Assembly (NCBI GenBank): GCA_004298325.1
Contig: SCUF01000253.1
Span: 6,762-70,761, forward strand
DNA: 64,000 nucleotides
Direction: 5' to 3'
Source of the DNA: Betaproteobacteria bacterium
GTDB taxonomy: Bacteria; Pseudomonadota; Gammaproteobacteria; Burkholderiales; SG8-39
The translations under genes were made by a program, and so were the position numbers. The notes beneath the pieces were generated by a model. It did no database searches, had not been told where the DNA came from, and worked only from the letters and a program-made list of their open reading frames with translations. Each line of letters starts with the position of its first letter. The first letter of the stretch is position 1. This document shows, piece by piece, positions 24,691 to 34,430 of the stretch.

Positions 24691-26511
24691 ATGGCGAGAA
24701 AAGTCAACGTCACCGAGGAGCGGCTGGAGCTTACGGCCGTCGACCGGGCATCAGCGGTCGTCAAGGGGCTGCAGAATTCGGTTGGCGGTTTGCGAAGTCA
24801 GTATGTCGCGCTTGCCGGCGCGGTCACCGCCGCGCTCGGCGCCGGCGGGATGGGGGCTTTTCTGAGTGATGCCATTCGCGTGCGCTCGGCGCTCGACGAT
24901 CTGGCGGACACCACGGGCGATAACGTGCGTACGCTCGATGGATTGCGACGGCAGGCCTATGTTTCTGGCGTCGAGCTCGAGGCGATGGGCGGAGCGCTCA
25001 CCAAGCTCGCAAGGAACCTCAACAACGCCGACGACGAAGGCCAGGCGGCGGCCCAGGCGCTGAAGGCGATCGGGTTGAACGTCGAGAGCCTGCGCACCAT
25101 GAAGCCGGCGGACGCGATGCTCGAAGTGGCGCGCGCGCTCGACAAGTTTGCCGATGGCTCCGGAAAGGTGGCGGTCGCCCAGGCGCTCATGGGCAAGGAA
25201 GGGGCGAAGCAGCTGCCGCTCCTGAAGGACCTCGCCGAGGCCGGTGCTCTGCAGGGCAAGATCACGGCGCAGCAGGCGGCCGAGGCCGAGCGCATCGAGA
25301 AGGAGTGGCGCAAGCTCGTGCTCGCGTTCAAGGACGGCAAGGATGCGATCGCCACGTGGCTGATCCCCGAGATCGGCAACCTGATCGAGCAGATGCGCGA
25401 GGGCATCCGCATCGCAGGCGGGTTTGGCGCCGCGCTTCGGATCTTCGGCACGAGTGGGGCGTTTTCCTCGCCGCACGAGATCATCACGAGCGCGCAGGAA
25501 GACATCGCCCAGATGGAGCAGGGGCTCGGCACGATGCGCGGATTGCGCGGCTACGACGCGCAGATCGCGCTCACCGAGCGACGCATCGCGGATGCACGCA
25601 AGCGCATCGAGTTCGCGAAATTCCTGCAACGACAGGACGCGCTCTCCGGGCGCACGGGCGACGAGATGCTGGATGCGCGCGATCTTAGGGCGCGCCACAA
25701 ACCAGTGCTGGATCCAGGCAAACTGGGCGGCAAGGAACGCGACAAGAAAGACAATGCCCTGACCGCCTCGCAGATCGCCCGCATGACGGCCGAGAGTTGG
25801 GAGGACTTCGATAAGGAAGTGCGCCAGGGCATTGTCGCGCTGCAAGAGTGGGAAGCGGCCGGGCGCAAGGCGATCGAGGACCACAACAAAAAGCTCGAGG
25901 CCGAAGGCATCGCCGGCTGGATCAAGCTCGCCGAGACCATGCAGGACGCCGCCGACACGATGGTCTACACCTGGGACCAGTTTGGCAACCGCATCGAAGT
26001 GACTGCCGAACGCTGGAAGGAGATGCAGGACGAGGCGCAGAAAACTAAGGATTTCGCACGCGATTTGGGGTTGACGTTCACGTCGGCCTTCGAGGACGCG
26101 ATCGTCGAGGGCAAGAACCTGCGCGACGTCGTCAAGGGGCTCGGCCAGGACGTGGCGCGCATCATCACGCGCAAGACCGTGACCGAACCGCTAGGTAAGG
26201 CCATCGGAGGTTTCGTCGAAGGCATCGACTGGAAAGGGATCTTCGGCTTCGCCACCGGAGGCGACTTCACCGTGGGCGGCGCCGGCGGCACCGACTCGCA
26301 ACTCGTCGCCTTCCGCGCCACGCCGGGCGAGCGGGTGAGCGTGCGCACGCCCGAGCAGGCCGATGGCGGGGTGACGGTCATCCAGCACATCAATTTCGCG
26401 GTCGGGATCCGTGGTGAAGTGCGCGCCGAGCTCGCCGCGCAGTTGCCACGCATCGCCGAGGTGTCGCGCGCGGCGGTGCTGGATGCGCGCCTGCGCGGAA
26501 GGCCGGGTTGA
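24691..26511 (+). CDS. tail tape measure protein
   Basis: 606 aa, helical and Ala/Glu/Lys-rich; follows the G/GT pair. Confidence 0.85.
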   Translation: MARKVNVTEERLELTAVDRASAVVKGLQNSVGGLRSQYVALAGAVTAALGAGGMGAFLSDAIRVRSALDDLADTTGDNVRTLDGLRRQAYVSGVELEAMGGALTKLARNLNNADDEGQAAAQALKAIGLNVESLRTMKPADAMLEVARALDKFADGSGKVAVAQALMGKEGAKQLPLLKDLAEAGALQGKITAQQAAEAERIEKEWRKLVLAFKDGKDAIATWLIPEIGNLIEQMREGIRIAGGFGAALRIFGTSGAFSSPHEIITSAQEDIAQMEQGLGTMRGLRGYDAQIALTERRIADARKRIEFAKFLQRQDALSGRTGDEMLDARDLRARHKPVLDPGKLGGKERDKKDNALTASQIARMTAESWEDFDKEVRQGIVALQEWEAAGRKAIEDHNKKLEAEGIAGWIKLAETMQDAADTMVYTWDQFGNRIEVTAERWKEMQDEAQKTKDFARDLGLTFTSAFEDAIVEGKNLRDVVKGLGQDVARIITRKTVTEPLGKAIGGFVEGIDWKGIFGFATGGDFTVGGAGGTDSQLVAFRATPGERVSVRTPEQADGGVTVIQHINFAVGIRGEVRAELAAQLPRIAEVSRAAVLDARLRGRPG

Positions 26512-26514
26512 ACC

Positions 26515-27132
26515 GTGACGATCAGCTGGCCGACGACCCTGCCGGTGGCGACGCGCGGCGCGGCGGAAATCGTCATTACGCCGAACGTCGCGGGCGGGGT
26601 GTCGTCCTCGCCCTTCACCGGCGAGCAGCAGGTCTACATGCACCCCGGAGAGTGGTGGATGATCGAATTACGCCTGGGGGCGATGAACCGCGCTGACGCC
26701 GAGGAATGGCTCGGCGCGCTGCTCGGCTTGAACGGGCCCGAGGGCACGTTTCTGGCGGGCGATCCGCTGGGCGCGGCGCCGCGCGGCACCTGGACGGGCT
26801 CGCCGCTCGTGAACGGGGCCTCGCAGACCGGCAAGACGCTCGCGATCGACGGCATGGCGGCCGGCGCCACCGGCAAGCGTGGCGACTGGTTTCAGCTGGG
26901 CAGCGGCTCGTCCACACGTTTGCACAAGCTGACGGCGGATTTCACCGCCAACGGTTCCGGCGAGGCGACGATCGATTTCTGGCCGCGCCTGCGGGCAAGC
27001 CCGGCAAACAACGATCCGCTGACGATCGCCAATGCGCTCGGGATCTGGCGCCTCGCGACCCGCGGCGTGCCCTGGACGCTGCGCGATGTGCAAATCGGCG
27101 GCATCGTGATCCCGGGCATGGAGGTGCTCTAG
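26515..27132 (+). CDS. distal tail / tail tip protein
   Basis: 205 aa; first gene of the four-gene tip block after the tape measure. Confidence 0.5.
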   Translation: MTISWPTTLPVATRGAAEIVITPNVAGGVSSSPFTGEQQVYMHPGEWWMIELRLGAMNRADAEEWLGALLGLNGPEGTFLAGDPLGAAPRGTWTGSPLVNGASQTGKTLAIDGMAAGATGKRGDWFQLGSGSSTRLHKLTADFTANGSGEATIDFWPRLRASPANNDPLTIANALGIWRLATRGVPWTLRDVQIGGIVIPGMEVL

Positions 27133-27765
27133 ATGGCCGCGCGGGGCCTCACCGCCGGCATGCTCACCGCGATCGCGGCGGGCACGGTGCGGCCGGCGAT
27201 CTTCTACAAGGGCGAGTACGAGGGCGGCATTCTGCGGTTGTGGACGGGCGTCGGGACGGTGAGTTGGGATGGCCAGTCGTGGACGGGCGGCGGGCAGCTG
27301 CTCGGGATCTCGCCGCTCGAAGAGTCCTCCGGCGTGCACGCGGTGGGCTTCACCGTGACGCTCTCCGGCATGCCCTCGGCGCTGATCGCCATTGCCCTGG
27401 CGAACGTGCGCCAGGGCAAGCCCGGCACCCTCTGGCTCGCCCTGTATGACGCGACCGGCGCGCTGATCGCCGACCCCTACCAGCTGCAGGACGGGCGCTT
27501 CGACATCGCGGTGATCGAGGATAACGGCGAGACCTGCACGATCTCGGCGCAGTATGAGTCGCGCCTGATCGACCTCGAGCGCGCACGCGAGCGGCGCTAC
27601 ACGCACGAGGACCAGCAGATCGACTACCCCGGCGACCTGGGGTTCGAATACGTCGCCGCGCTGCAGGACATGCAGATCCTCTGGGGCGGGCCGGCGGCTG
27701 CGGCTTCCCCTGTGACTGCCCCGTGGGGCGGGGCGAGTGGCGGCACCGACACGGTTCAGCCTTAG
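27133..27765 (+). CDS. tail tip protein (DUF2163-like by position)
   Basis: 210 aa; assigned by position. Confidence 0.45.
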   Translation: MAARGLTAGMLTAIAAGTVRPAIFYKGEYEGGILRLWTGVGTVSWDGQSWTGGGQLLGISPLEESSGVHAVGFTVTLSGMPSALIAIALANVRQGKPGTLWLALYDATGALIADPYQLQDGRFDIAVIEDNGETCTISAQYESRLIDLERARERRYTHEDQQIDYPGDLGFEYVAALQDMQILWGGPAAAASPVTAPWGGASGGTDTVQP

Positions 27766-27767
27766 CG

Positions 27768-28178
27768 ATGCGCCTTGAGGGCTGGGAGTCGCGCCTCCAT
27801 GCGGTGATCGAGGCGTCGCGGCATACGCCGTATGCGCTTGGCACGCACGATTGTTTCCGGGTCGCCTGCGCGGTGGTGGAGGCGCTCACCGGCGTGGACT
27901 ACTGGCCTACATGGGGGCGGTATGCGACCAAGCGGGAGGCGAAGCGCCTGATCGCGAGCCGCGGGCATGCGACGTTCGAGGAGGCGTTCTCGTGGCTCTT
28001 TGGGACGGCGTTCTCGGACGTGCGCCACGCGCAGCGCGGCGATATCGTCTGCATCCAGACCGAGGACGGCGAGAAGCACCTCGGCGTGTGCCTCGGGGCG
28101 CACGCGGCATTCACCGCGCCTGAAGGCGTGCTCTTCGTGCCGACGTTGACCTGTCTGGGTTGCTGGAGGATTGGCTGA
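27768..28178 (+). CDS. tail-associated NlpC/P60-like cysteine peptidase
   Basis: GTHDCFRVACAVVE (Cys) and QRGDIVCIQTEDGEKHLGVCLG (His) match the NlpC/P60 pattern. Confidence 0.6.
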   Translation: MRLEGWESRLHAVIEASRHTPYALGTHDCFRVACAVVEALTGVDYWPTWGRYATKREAKRLIASRGHATFEEAFSWLFGTAFSDVRHAQRGDIVCIQTEDGEKHLGVCLGAHAAFTAPEGVLFVPTLTCLGCWRIG

Positions 28179-30784
28179 TGCCGACGTCGATCATCGCTGC
28201 GGTCGCCGGCGCGGTCATCGGCGCGTGGGCCGAGGTCACCATCGGCACGATTCTCTTCGCCGGCCTCGTGCGCGGCGTCGTCGGCGCCGTCGTCTCCGGC
28301 GTCGTCGGCGGGGTGTTGCGCGGCGATACGGACGACGATCGCGGCACGCCGACGATCACGCAGCAGGGCCGCATGCTCACGGTGCGCCAGGCGGCCGCCC
28401 CGTGGCAAGTGATCTACGGCGAGCGCCGCGTGGGCGGCGTCTTCACGTTTATCGAGGTGTCGAGCGACAACCAGACGCTGCACCTGGTGATCACGCTCGC
28501 GGGGCACGAATGCAATGCGATCGGCAACATCTACTTCGACGACGAGGTGGTGTCGCTCGACGGATCGGGCAATGCAACCGGCAGGTATGCGGGCTACGTG
28601 CACATCGAAAAGTCGCTCGGGAATGAAGGCGATGTGCAGCCCTTCGCGACGCTGCAGGCGGCGTCGGCCGGCAAGTGGACGTTGAACCACAAGCAGCGGG
28701 GGCGCACGAAGCTCTACGTGCGCCTGACGGCGAATCCGGACCTTTTTCCGAGCGGCACGCCGAACATCACCGCGGTGGTGCAGGGCCGCAAGATGTACGA
28801 CCCACGTTCGACGCTCACGGCCTACTCGGCCAACGTGGCGCTCTGCGCAAACGACTACCTGACGAACGCCACTTTCGGCCTGGGCGCGACTTACGCGACC
28901 GAGATCGACGAGACGACGCTGATTGCCGCGGCGAACCTCTGCGACGAGGACGTGTCGCTCGCCGCTGGCGGGACGGAAGACCGCTACCGTTGCGGCGGGG
29001 CGTTCGACTTGACGGTGCAGCCGCGCGAGGTGCTGGGGCGGCTCCTCGCGGCGATGGCCGGGCACGCGGTGAACGTGGGCGGCAAGTGGTATCTCTTCGG
29101 CGGGGCCTACGAAGCGCCGACGATTACCCTCGACGAGGGCGACCTGGCCGGGCCGATCCGGGTGCAGTCGCTCGTGGGCCGGCGCGAGAACGCCAACGGC
29201 GTCAAGGGCAAATTCACCGACCCGAATTCGAGCTGGCAGGTCACCGACTTCCCGGCGCTCGGCTCGAGCACCTACATGGCCGAGGACGGCGGCGAGCGGG
29301 TCTGGAAGGACATCGACCTTTCGGCGTTTGTCACGAGCGGCACGCAGGCGCAGCGCCTGGCGAAGATCGAGCTGCTCAGCCTGCGGCAGGGGCTTTCGTT
29401 TGTCGCGCCGTTCAAGCTGACGGCCTACCAGGTGCAGACTGGCCGCACCTTTGCGATGAACAACACCAAGTTCGGCTGGTCGGGGAAAGCCTTCCGAGCG
29501 GACTCTGGACGATTCACGGTGAACGCCGACGGCACGCTCGGATTCGAGATCGCCGGCCGCGAGATCGCATCCACGATCTGGGATTGGAACTCCTCCGAAG
29601 AGCAGACGGTCGATGCGGCGCCGAATTCGAACCTGCCGGATCCGTTCACAACGCTTCCGCCGGGCGCTCCGGAGGTGACCGAGTCGCTCTATGTCACGCG
29701 AGACGGCGGCGGCACGAAGGCGAAGGCGAGCGCGACCTGGGCTGCCTCCACGGACCCCTACAGCGATCGCTACCAGCTCGAGTACAAGCTCGTCACCGAC
29801 CCGGAATACACGGTGCGGCCGACGATCCGCGCAACCGCCGACGAGGTGCTGGACATCGCCCCGGGGTTTTACGACTGGCGGGTGAAGGCGATCAGCGCGA
29901 TCGGCGTGTCGTCGGCCTATTCGTACTCGCAGAAGGAGATCTTCGGGCTGTCCGCGCGCCCGGCCGATGTCTCCGGGCTCACGCTGCAGGCGGCGGGCGG
30001 GATCGCGGTGCTCGCCTGGACGCTGCACCCCGACCTCGATGTGCGTGAAGGCGGGCACATCCAGTTCCGCCATTCCGAGGCGACCAGCGGCGCGGTGTGG
30101 TCCGAAGCGTTCACCATCGGCGACGCGGCGCCCGGGAACGCGGGCCAGTGGATCCTGCCTCTGAAGGCGGGAACCTATCTTGCCAAGGCGGTGGACAGCT
30201 CCGGTCTCACCAGCGTCAACGCGGCGTCGATCTCGACCAAGCAGGCTTCGATCCACGCTTTCAGCACGCTGAACACGGTGCAGGAGGACAGCACCTTCAG
30301 CGGCACGCACTCCAGCACGATCGCGATCGACAGCGTGCTCAAGCTGCTCGGATCCGGGATGTTCGATGCGATCCCCGATCTGGATGCGGTGGCAAGCCTC
30401 GACGCCTATGGCGGGGTGGCCGCGAGCGGCACCTACACCTTCGCGACCGGCGTCGACCGGGGCAGCGTCGAGCGCGTCCGCGTGACCTCGCAGATCGACG
30501 GCATCATCGTCAACCTGAACGACAAGATCGACTCGCGCACCGGCAGCATCGACGACTGGCTGAACTTCGACGGCACCGACGGCGCGGAGGCCGACGCCTA
30601 CGTCGAGATGCGCGAGACGGACGACAACCCGTCCGGAAGCCCTACCTGGAGCGCCTGGAATCGGCTCGATGCCTCCGAGCACGAATGCCGCGGGCTGCAA
30701 TTCAGGGCGCGGCTCTCGACCACGGACCCGGCCTACAACGTGCATATCGACACGCTGCGCGTGCGAGTCGACCAACGGACCTGA
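28178..30784 (+). CDS. host specificity / central tail fibre protein (gpJ-like)
   Basis: 868 aa from ATG at 28178 (TGATG). ...RGRTKLYVRLTANPDLFPSGTPNITAVVQGRKMYDPRS... is a Phage-tail_3-like core. Confidence 0.8.
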   Translation: MPTSIIAAVAGAVIGAWAEVTIGTILFAGLVRGVVGAVVSGVVGGVLRGDTDDDRGTPTITQQGRMLTVRQAAAPWQVIYGERRVGGVFTFIEVSSDNQTLHLVITLAGHECNAIGNIYFDDEVVSLDGSGNATGRYAGYVHIEKSLGNEGDVQPFATLQAASAGKWTLNHKQRGRTKLYVRLTANPDLFPSGTPNITAVVQGRKMYDPRSTLTAYSANVALCANDYLTNATFGLGATYATEIDETTLIAAANLCDEDVSLAAGGTEDRYRCGGAFDLTVQPREVLGRLLAAMAGHAVNVGGKWYLFGGAYEAPTITLDEGDLAGPIRVQSLVGRRENANGVKGKFTDPNSSWQVTDFPALGSSTYMAEDGGERVWKDIDLSAFVTSGTQAQRLAKIELLSLRQGLSFVAPFKLTAYQVQTGRTFAMNNTKFGWSGKAFRADSGRFTVNADGTLGFEIAGREIASTIWDWNSSEEQTVDAAPNSNLPDPFTTLPPGAPEVTESLYVTRDGGGTKAKASATWAASTDPYSDRYQLEYKLVTDPEYTVRPTIRATADEVLDIAPGFYDWRVKAISAIGVSSAYSYSQKEIFGLSARPADVSGLTLQAAGGIAVLAWTLHPDLDVREGGHIQFRHSEATSGAVWSEAFTIGDAAPGNAGQWILPLKAGTYLAKAVDSSGLTSVNAASISTKQASIHAFSTLNTVQEDSTFSGTHSSTIAIDSVLKLLGSGMFDAIPDLDAVASLDAYGGVAASGTYTFATGVDRGSVERVRVTSQIDGIIVNLNDKIDSRTGSIDDWLNFDGTDGAEADAYVEMRETDDNPSGSPTWSAWNRLDASEHECRGLQFRARLSTTDPAYNVHIDTLRVRVDQRT

Positions 30785-30796
30785 TGGGAGCAAGCC

Positions 30797-31156
30797 ATGC
30801 GGGAAGAGCAGCAGCAGGAACGTTTCAAGGCGATGCGGCTCGACGCAAACGACGTGCTGGTCGGCGTCGAGGAGCTGCAAAGCGAAGCCGATCTCACCGA
30901 GCGCCACGTCGATCTCCGCCCCTACGGGGGCGAATGCGACCGCCCGGCCAACGAATACCGCTGGAACCGTGAGGCGGAGCGCCTCGAGCCGTTGCGCGTG
31001 GCCGAGCGCCTGCAGCCTGCCGGCGTGAGCCTGGAGCAGGCGGTTGCCGCGCTCATCGTCGCACTCGGCCATGCGGGGGTCACGGTGCCGGAGATCTCCG
31101 CGCGCTGGGCGGCCTCGTTCCTGAACAGCGTGGAAGGGCAGCGTCTCCAGCGGTAG
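30797..31156 (+). CDS. hypothetical protein (119 aa)
   Basis: ORF track. Confidence 0.5.
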   Translation: MREEQQQERFKAMRLDANDVLVGVEELQSEADLTERHVDLRPYGGECDRPANEYRWNREAERLEPLRVAERLQPAGVSLEQAVAALIVALGHAGVTVPEISARWAASFLNSVEGQRLQR

Positions 31157-31178
31157 CGGGCAGATCGTGCATTCAAGC

Positions 31179-31203
31179 AGGCCGCCGTTGCGGCCTTTTT
31201 TTA
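31179..31203 (+). terminator. rho-independent terminator
   Basis: AGGCCGC-cgtt-GCGGCCT followed by TTTTTTT. Confidence 0.75.
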
Positions 31204-31218
31204 TCTTGAGGAGAAACC

Positions 31219-32313
31219 ATGTCGCAGCATGACATGAACATCGCAAACGCCGATGGCGCCACCGTCCGCGCGGACCTGAACAACGCACTCGGCGCGCTCG
31301 TCACGAATAACAGCGGCGCGGCCGCGCCCGCTTCGACGTTCGCAAACATGCTCTGGGCCGACACGACGGCCGCGCTTCTCAAGATGCGCAACCAGTCGAA
31401 CACGGCCTGGAACACGGTTGGGCTGCTCGACACGGCGAATCTCGGCCTCTTGCCGCTCACCGGCGGCACGCTCTCGGGTGACGTGACGCTCGATACGAAC
31501 GCACAGATCTTTCTCGACGATTCGATCTCCTCCGCCGGTGCCAACCTGCCGCTCGCCTTCGACGGCGACGCGAATACGGGGTTGTTCCGGCCCGGCGCGG
31601 ACATCCTCGGTTTGGCTACCGGCGGCAACGAAGTCGGGCGGCTCACGCTGGAGCGGTACGCCAAGTTCTCCGCGAGCGGCGCCTACATCGGCTCGACCGG
31701 CGCTTATCACGAACTGCGCGGCGCGAGCAACGGAGACCACACGGCCGTCCTCTCGCACGCTGGCTCGAACCCCTTCGGCGTGCGCCTTTACTTCGACGGG
31801 GCGACGCCCGACAACAACACGAACTACTTCCTGCGGGCCGAGGACGCCACGCTGCCGCGGTGCTACATCTACTCGGACGGCGACCTGCAGAACCACGATA
31901 ACAGCTATGGTGCGATCTCGGATGCGCGCCTGAAGCAGGACCTCGTGCCCTCCGGCTCGCAGTGGGACGACATCAAGGCGCTGGAGGTCGTGAAGTGGCG
32001 CGACAAGAGCGACGTCGAGCGCGATGGCGACGCGGCGAAGGTCATGCTCGGCTGCTCGGCGCAGCAGGTCGAGACGGTATCGCCCGGCCTCGTGATCGAG
32101 ACCGACGAGGTCGAGTTCTACCAGGTGCCGGTCATCGACGACAAAACGAAGCTGCCGCTCATCGGCAAGACCGAGCGGCGCGAGCGGAAGACGGGCCGCA
32201 AGCTGAAGGGCGTGCAGTATTCGATCCTCTACATGAAGGCGGTGAAGGCGCTGCAGGAGGCGATGGCGCGCATCGAGGCGCTCGAGGCGAAAGCCGCCGG
32301 CGGCGCGCAATGA
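31219..32313 (+). CDS. tail fibre with C-terminal S74-type intramolecular chaperone domain
   Basis: ...GAISDARLKQDLVPSGSQWDDIKALEVVKWRDKSD...GCSAQQVETVSPGLV...ALQEAMARIEALEAK. Confidence 0.75.
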   Translation: MSQHDMNIANADGATVRADLNNALGALVTNNSGAAAPASTFANMLWADTTAALLKMRNQSNTAWNTVGLLDTANLGLLPLTGGTLSGDVTLDTNAQIFLDDSISSAGANLPLAFDGDANTGLFRPGADILGLATGGNEVGRLTLERYAKFSASGAYIGSTGAYHELRGASNGDHTAVLSHAGSNPFGVRLYFDGATPDNNTNYFLRAEDATLPRCYIYSDGDLQNHDNSYGAISDARLKQDLVPSGSQWDDIKALEVVKWRDKSDVERDGDAAKVMLGCSAQQVETVSPGLVIETDEVEFYQVPVIDDKTKLPLIGKTERRERKTGRKLKGVQYSILYMKAVKALQEAMARIEALEAKAAGGAQ

Positions 32314-32332
32314 TCACTCGTCAGAACTCCCG

Positions 32333-33316
32333 ATGAACCTCACGGCTTCCGACGAAGAACTGCCGTCCCTGTATCTGCAAAAGACGGGGGCTCCAGCACA
32401 GTCCTGGCGGATCTACGCGACTAACACGACGTGGCGCGTTCGCAATGAGACTGCTGGAAACGAGCCGCTCATCTACACGGCCGGCAGCGGCCTGAGCGTC
32501 CTGGACAACTTGATCATCGGGGAGTCCCTGATCGCCCGTGGTTCCAACCATGCAATCGGCGTGGGTTCCGTGGTGGATTGGGTCGGCCTCAGAATCAACA
32601 TGTCGCTGGTGTCCGGTGGCGTAAACGATTTCGCGCTCGGAGTGGATTGCGATCCGTCGATCACGCTGGCGGCTGGCGACACGAACTACGCTGCCAAGAT
32701 GGGCATTGCCGGCGGCACCATCACCACGCAAGGGATGTCCCAGCACATCGGGCACGTCGCCGCGCTTCGGGTTGGCGACCCGATCATTGTCCTCGGCACG
32801 GGTGACAGTATCGGCGTTGCGGCAACCGTTTACATCGTTGACGCACCGACCGAGGGGGATGTGAACGCCGCCCTCTATGTGGCGAGCGGAGCGACGATTC
32901 TGTGCGGCGATCTGGACGTCAAGGGCGGCGACTTGACGCTGACGCAGTCCGCTGGCAATGCGATCCTGGATATCGTCACGGAAACCAATTCCAGCGGAGT
33001 GGTCAGGTTCACGACCGACGGCATCATTCGCTCGACGATTCTCAGCGGCAGCGCGGCCCCGTTCCGGTTTTTCGCGGGAGACACGGAAACAGAGATCGCG
33101 ACTCTGGCGAGCGCTGGCGCGTCACGCATGAATGGCGGTGTGCGCATCGGCGCCGACTCGGTCAACAATCTGCTCGACGATTCAGCCAACGGCGCGGGGA
33201 GCGCGACGCTGTACATCGGGAACAAGCCGATCCTGGTGGGCAACGGCGTGAATTTCGGTCCAGGCGCGGTGACGAGCCTCACGGTCGTCAACGGCCAGAT
33301 CACGGCGATCAATTAG
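32333..33316 (+). CDS. second fibre / receptor-binding candidate (beta-rich)
   Basis: 327 aa, Gly/Ser/Thr/Ile/Val-rich; GC looks lower than in the flanking tail genes. Confidence 0.5.
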   Translation: MNLTASDEELPSLYLQKTGAPAQSWRIYATNTTWRVRNETAGNEPLIYTAGSGLSVLDNLIIGESLIARGSNHAIGVGSVVDWVGLRINMSLVSGGVNDFALGVDCDPSITLAAGDTNYAAKMGIAGGTITTQGMSQHIGHVAALRVGDPIIVLGTGDSIGVAATVYIVDAPTEGDVNAALYVASGATILCGDLDVKGGDLTLTQSAGNAILDIVTETNSSGVVRFTTDGIIRSTILSGSAAPFRFFAGDTETEIATLASAGASRMNGGVRIGADSVNNLLDDSANGAGSATLYIGNKPILVGNGVNFGPGAVTSLTVVNGQITAIN

Positions 33317-33326
33317 ACCCGCCCGA

Positions 33327-33554
33327 ATGACAAAGAAAAAGAGGCAGCAAACGCAAGTGAACCCCGCCGAGATCGACGGGCGCATCGAGATGCTCGCTCA
33401 TCAGCGTAATCAGGCCCTCGACCGGAACGTGCTGCTCGCCGGTCAGGTCGCCGCACTGACGCAGGAGGTGGCCGGACTGAAACAAAGACTCGATAGCGCT
33501 CAAAAGGCACGCATCGAGGCGCTCGAGGCGAAGGTCGCGGCGATTGCGAAATGA
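33327..33554 (+). CDS. small coiled-coil protein
   Basis: 75 aa; heptad-like ...LTQEVAGLKQRLDSAQKARIEALEAKVAAIAK. Confidence 0.5.
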   Translation: MTKKKRQQTQVNPAEIDGRIEMLAHQRNQALDRNVLLAGQVAALTQEVAGLKQRLDSAQKARIEALEAKVAAIAK

Positions 33555-34039
33555 TGGCCTGGCGCCGCATCTTCGGCTTCATCCCGGTGCCGGTCGTCTA
33601 CACCGACCGCCTGCCCGAGGGCGTGGGCGGGCGTGCGATCGGGCCGCTCGTGCAGATCCGGCCGAAATACCGAGAGCGCGGCGACGAGGGGCTCCACCAG
33701 CACGAGCTGGATCACGTCAAGCAGTTCTGGCGGCTGTGGCTCGTCTCGTTCGTGGCGCTCCTCTGGCCACTCGCTGGGCCGGAGGCGCTCGACCTCGCAT
33801 CGCAGGATGCACTTGCCTATGCCGCCGCGCTCGCGCTGCTGCCGCACACGCTGCTCTATCACCTGGCGCGACCGTACCGGCTTTATGCCGAGGCGCACGC
33901 CTACAAGGTGCAGACCCGCTACCCGGACGGGCTGGGCGGAGCGCTCACGCCTGCCAAGGCCGCCATGCGCCTGACGGCGGCGCGCTACCGGCTCGACCTT
34001 ACGTTCGGCGAGGCGCTCGAGGCGATCAAGCGCGCGTAG
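33551..34039 (+). CDS. HExxH-motif membrane protein (putative Zn metallopeptidase-like)
   Basis: HQHELDHV (HExxH) followed by the hydrophobic segment FWRLWLVSFVALLWPLAG. Confidence 0.5.
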   Translation: MMAWRRIFGFIPVPVVYTDRLPEGVGGRAIGPLVQIRPKYRERGDEGLHQHELDHVKQFWRLWLVSFVALLWPLAGPEALDLASQDALAYAAALALLPHTLLYHLARPYRLYAEAHAYKVQTRYPDGLGGALTPAKAAMRLTAARYRLDLTFGEALEAIKRA

Positions 34040-34066
34040 CCGGCAGCACACGCTTCACCCACGAGC

Positions 34067-34090
34067 ACCCGCCCGCGCGCGGGTTTTTTA
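34067..34090 (+). terminator. rho-independent terminator
   Basis: ACCCGC-ccgcgc-GCGGGT followed by TTTTTT. Confidence 0.7.
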
Positions 34091-34109
34091 TTGCCAGAGG
34101 AGGTCCACG

Positions 34110-34430
34110 GTGTCCGAAGATGAGCGAAGCGAAGCCTCGATCACCACGCCGGCGGGCGCGATCGCGATCAAATCCAAGCGCGCCGCCGAGTTCATTGCGT
34201 CGGCGTCGATGGTGCTGCTGTTTCTCCTCGCCTATGTGTTCTGGGAACACAAGGGCGACGCGCTGCGCGGCCAGGACCAGCTTGCGCAGGCGATCAAGGA
34301 CCTCTCGCAGACCAACATCAAGATGGTCGAGGCGCAGCGCGAGATGAACTGCCTGATCGCCATGCCGGCGGATAGGCGCGAGGCCGAGTACCAGAGTCCG
34401 TACTCGATCTGCAAGCGCCTGGCGCAGTGA
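34110..34430 (+). CDS. membrane protein, holin candidate
   Basis: AGAGGAGG RBS, GTG at 34110. One TM (FIASASMVLLFLLAYVFW). First gene of the lysis block. Confidence 0.45.
   Translation: MSEDERSEASITTPAGAIAIKSKRAAEFIASASMVLLFLLAYVFWEHKGDALRGQDQLAQAIKDLSQTNIKMVEAQREMNCLIAMPADRREAEYQSPYSICKRLAQ

Noticed and set aside
27899-31288. 1129-aa minus-strand ORF, the longest ORF in the prophage part
   Set aside because: It is antisense to the recognisable NlpC/P60-like, J-like and downstream genes. Its product is Arg/Ala/Gly/Pro-rich low complexity with no motifs. Long shadow ORFs are expected in high-GC DNA, and third-position GC favours the plus-strand genes.
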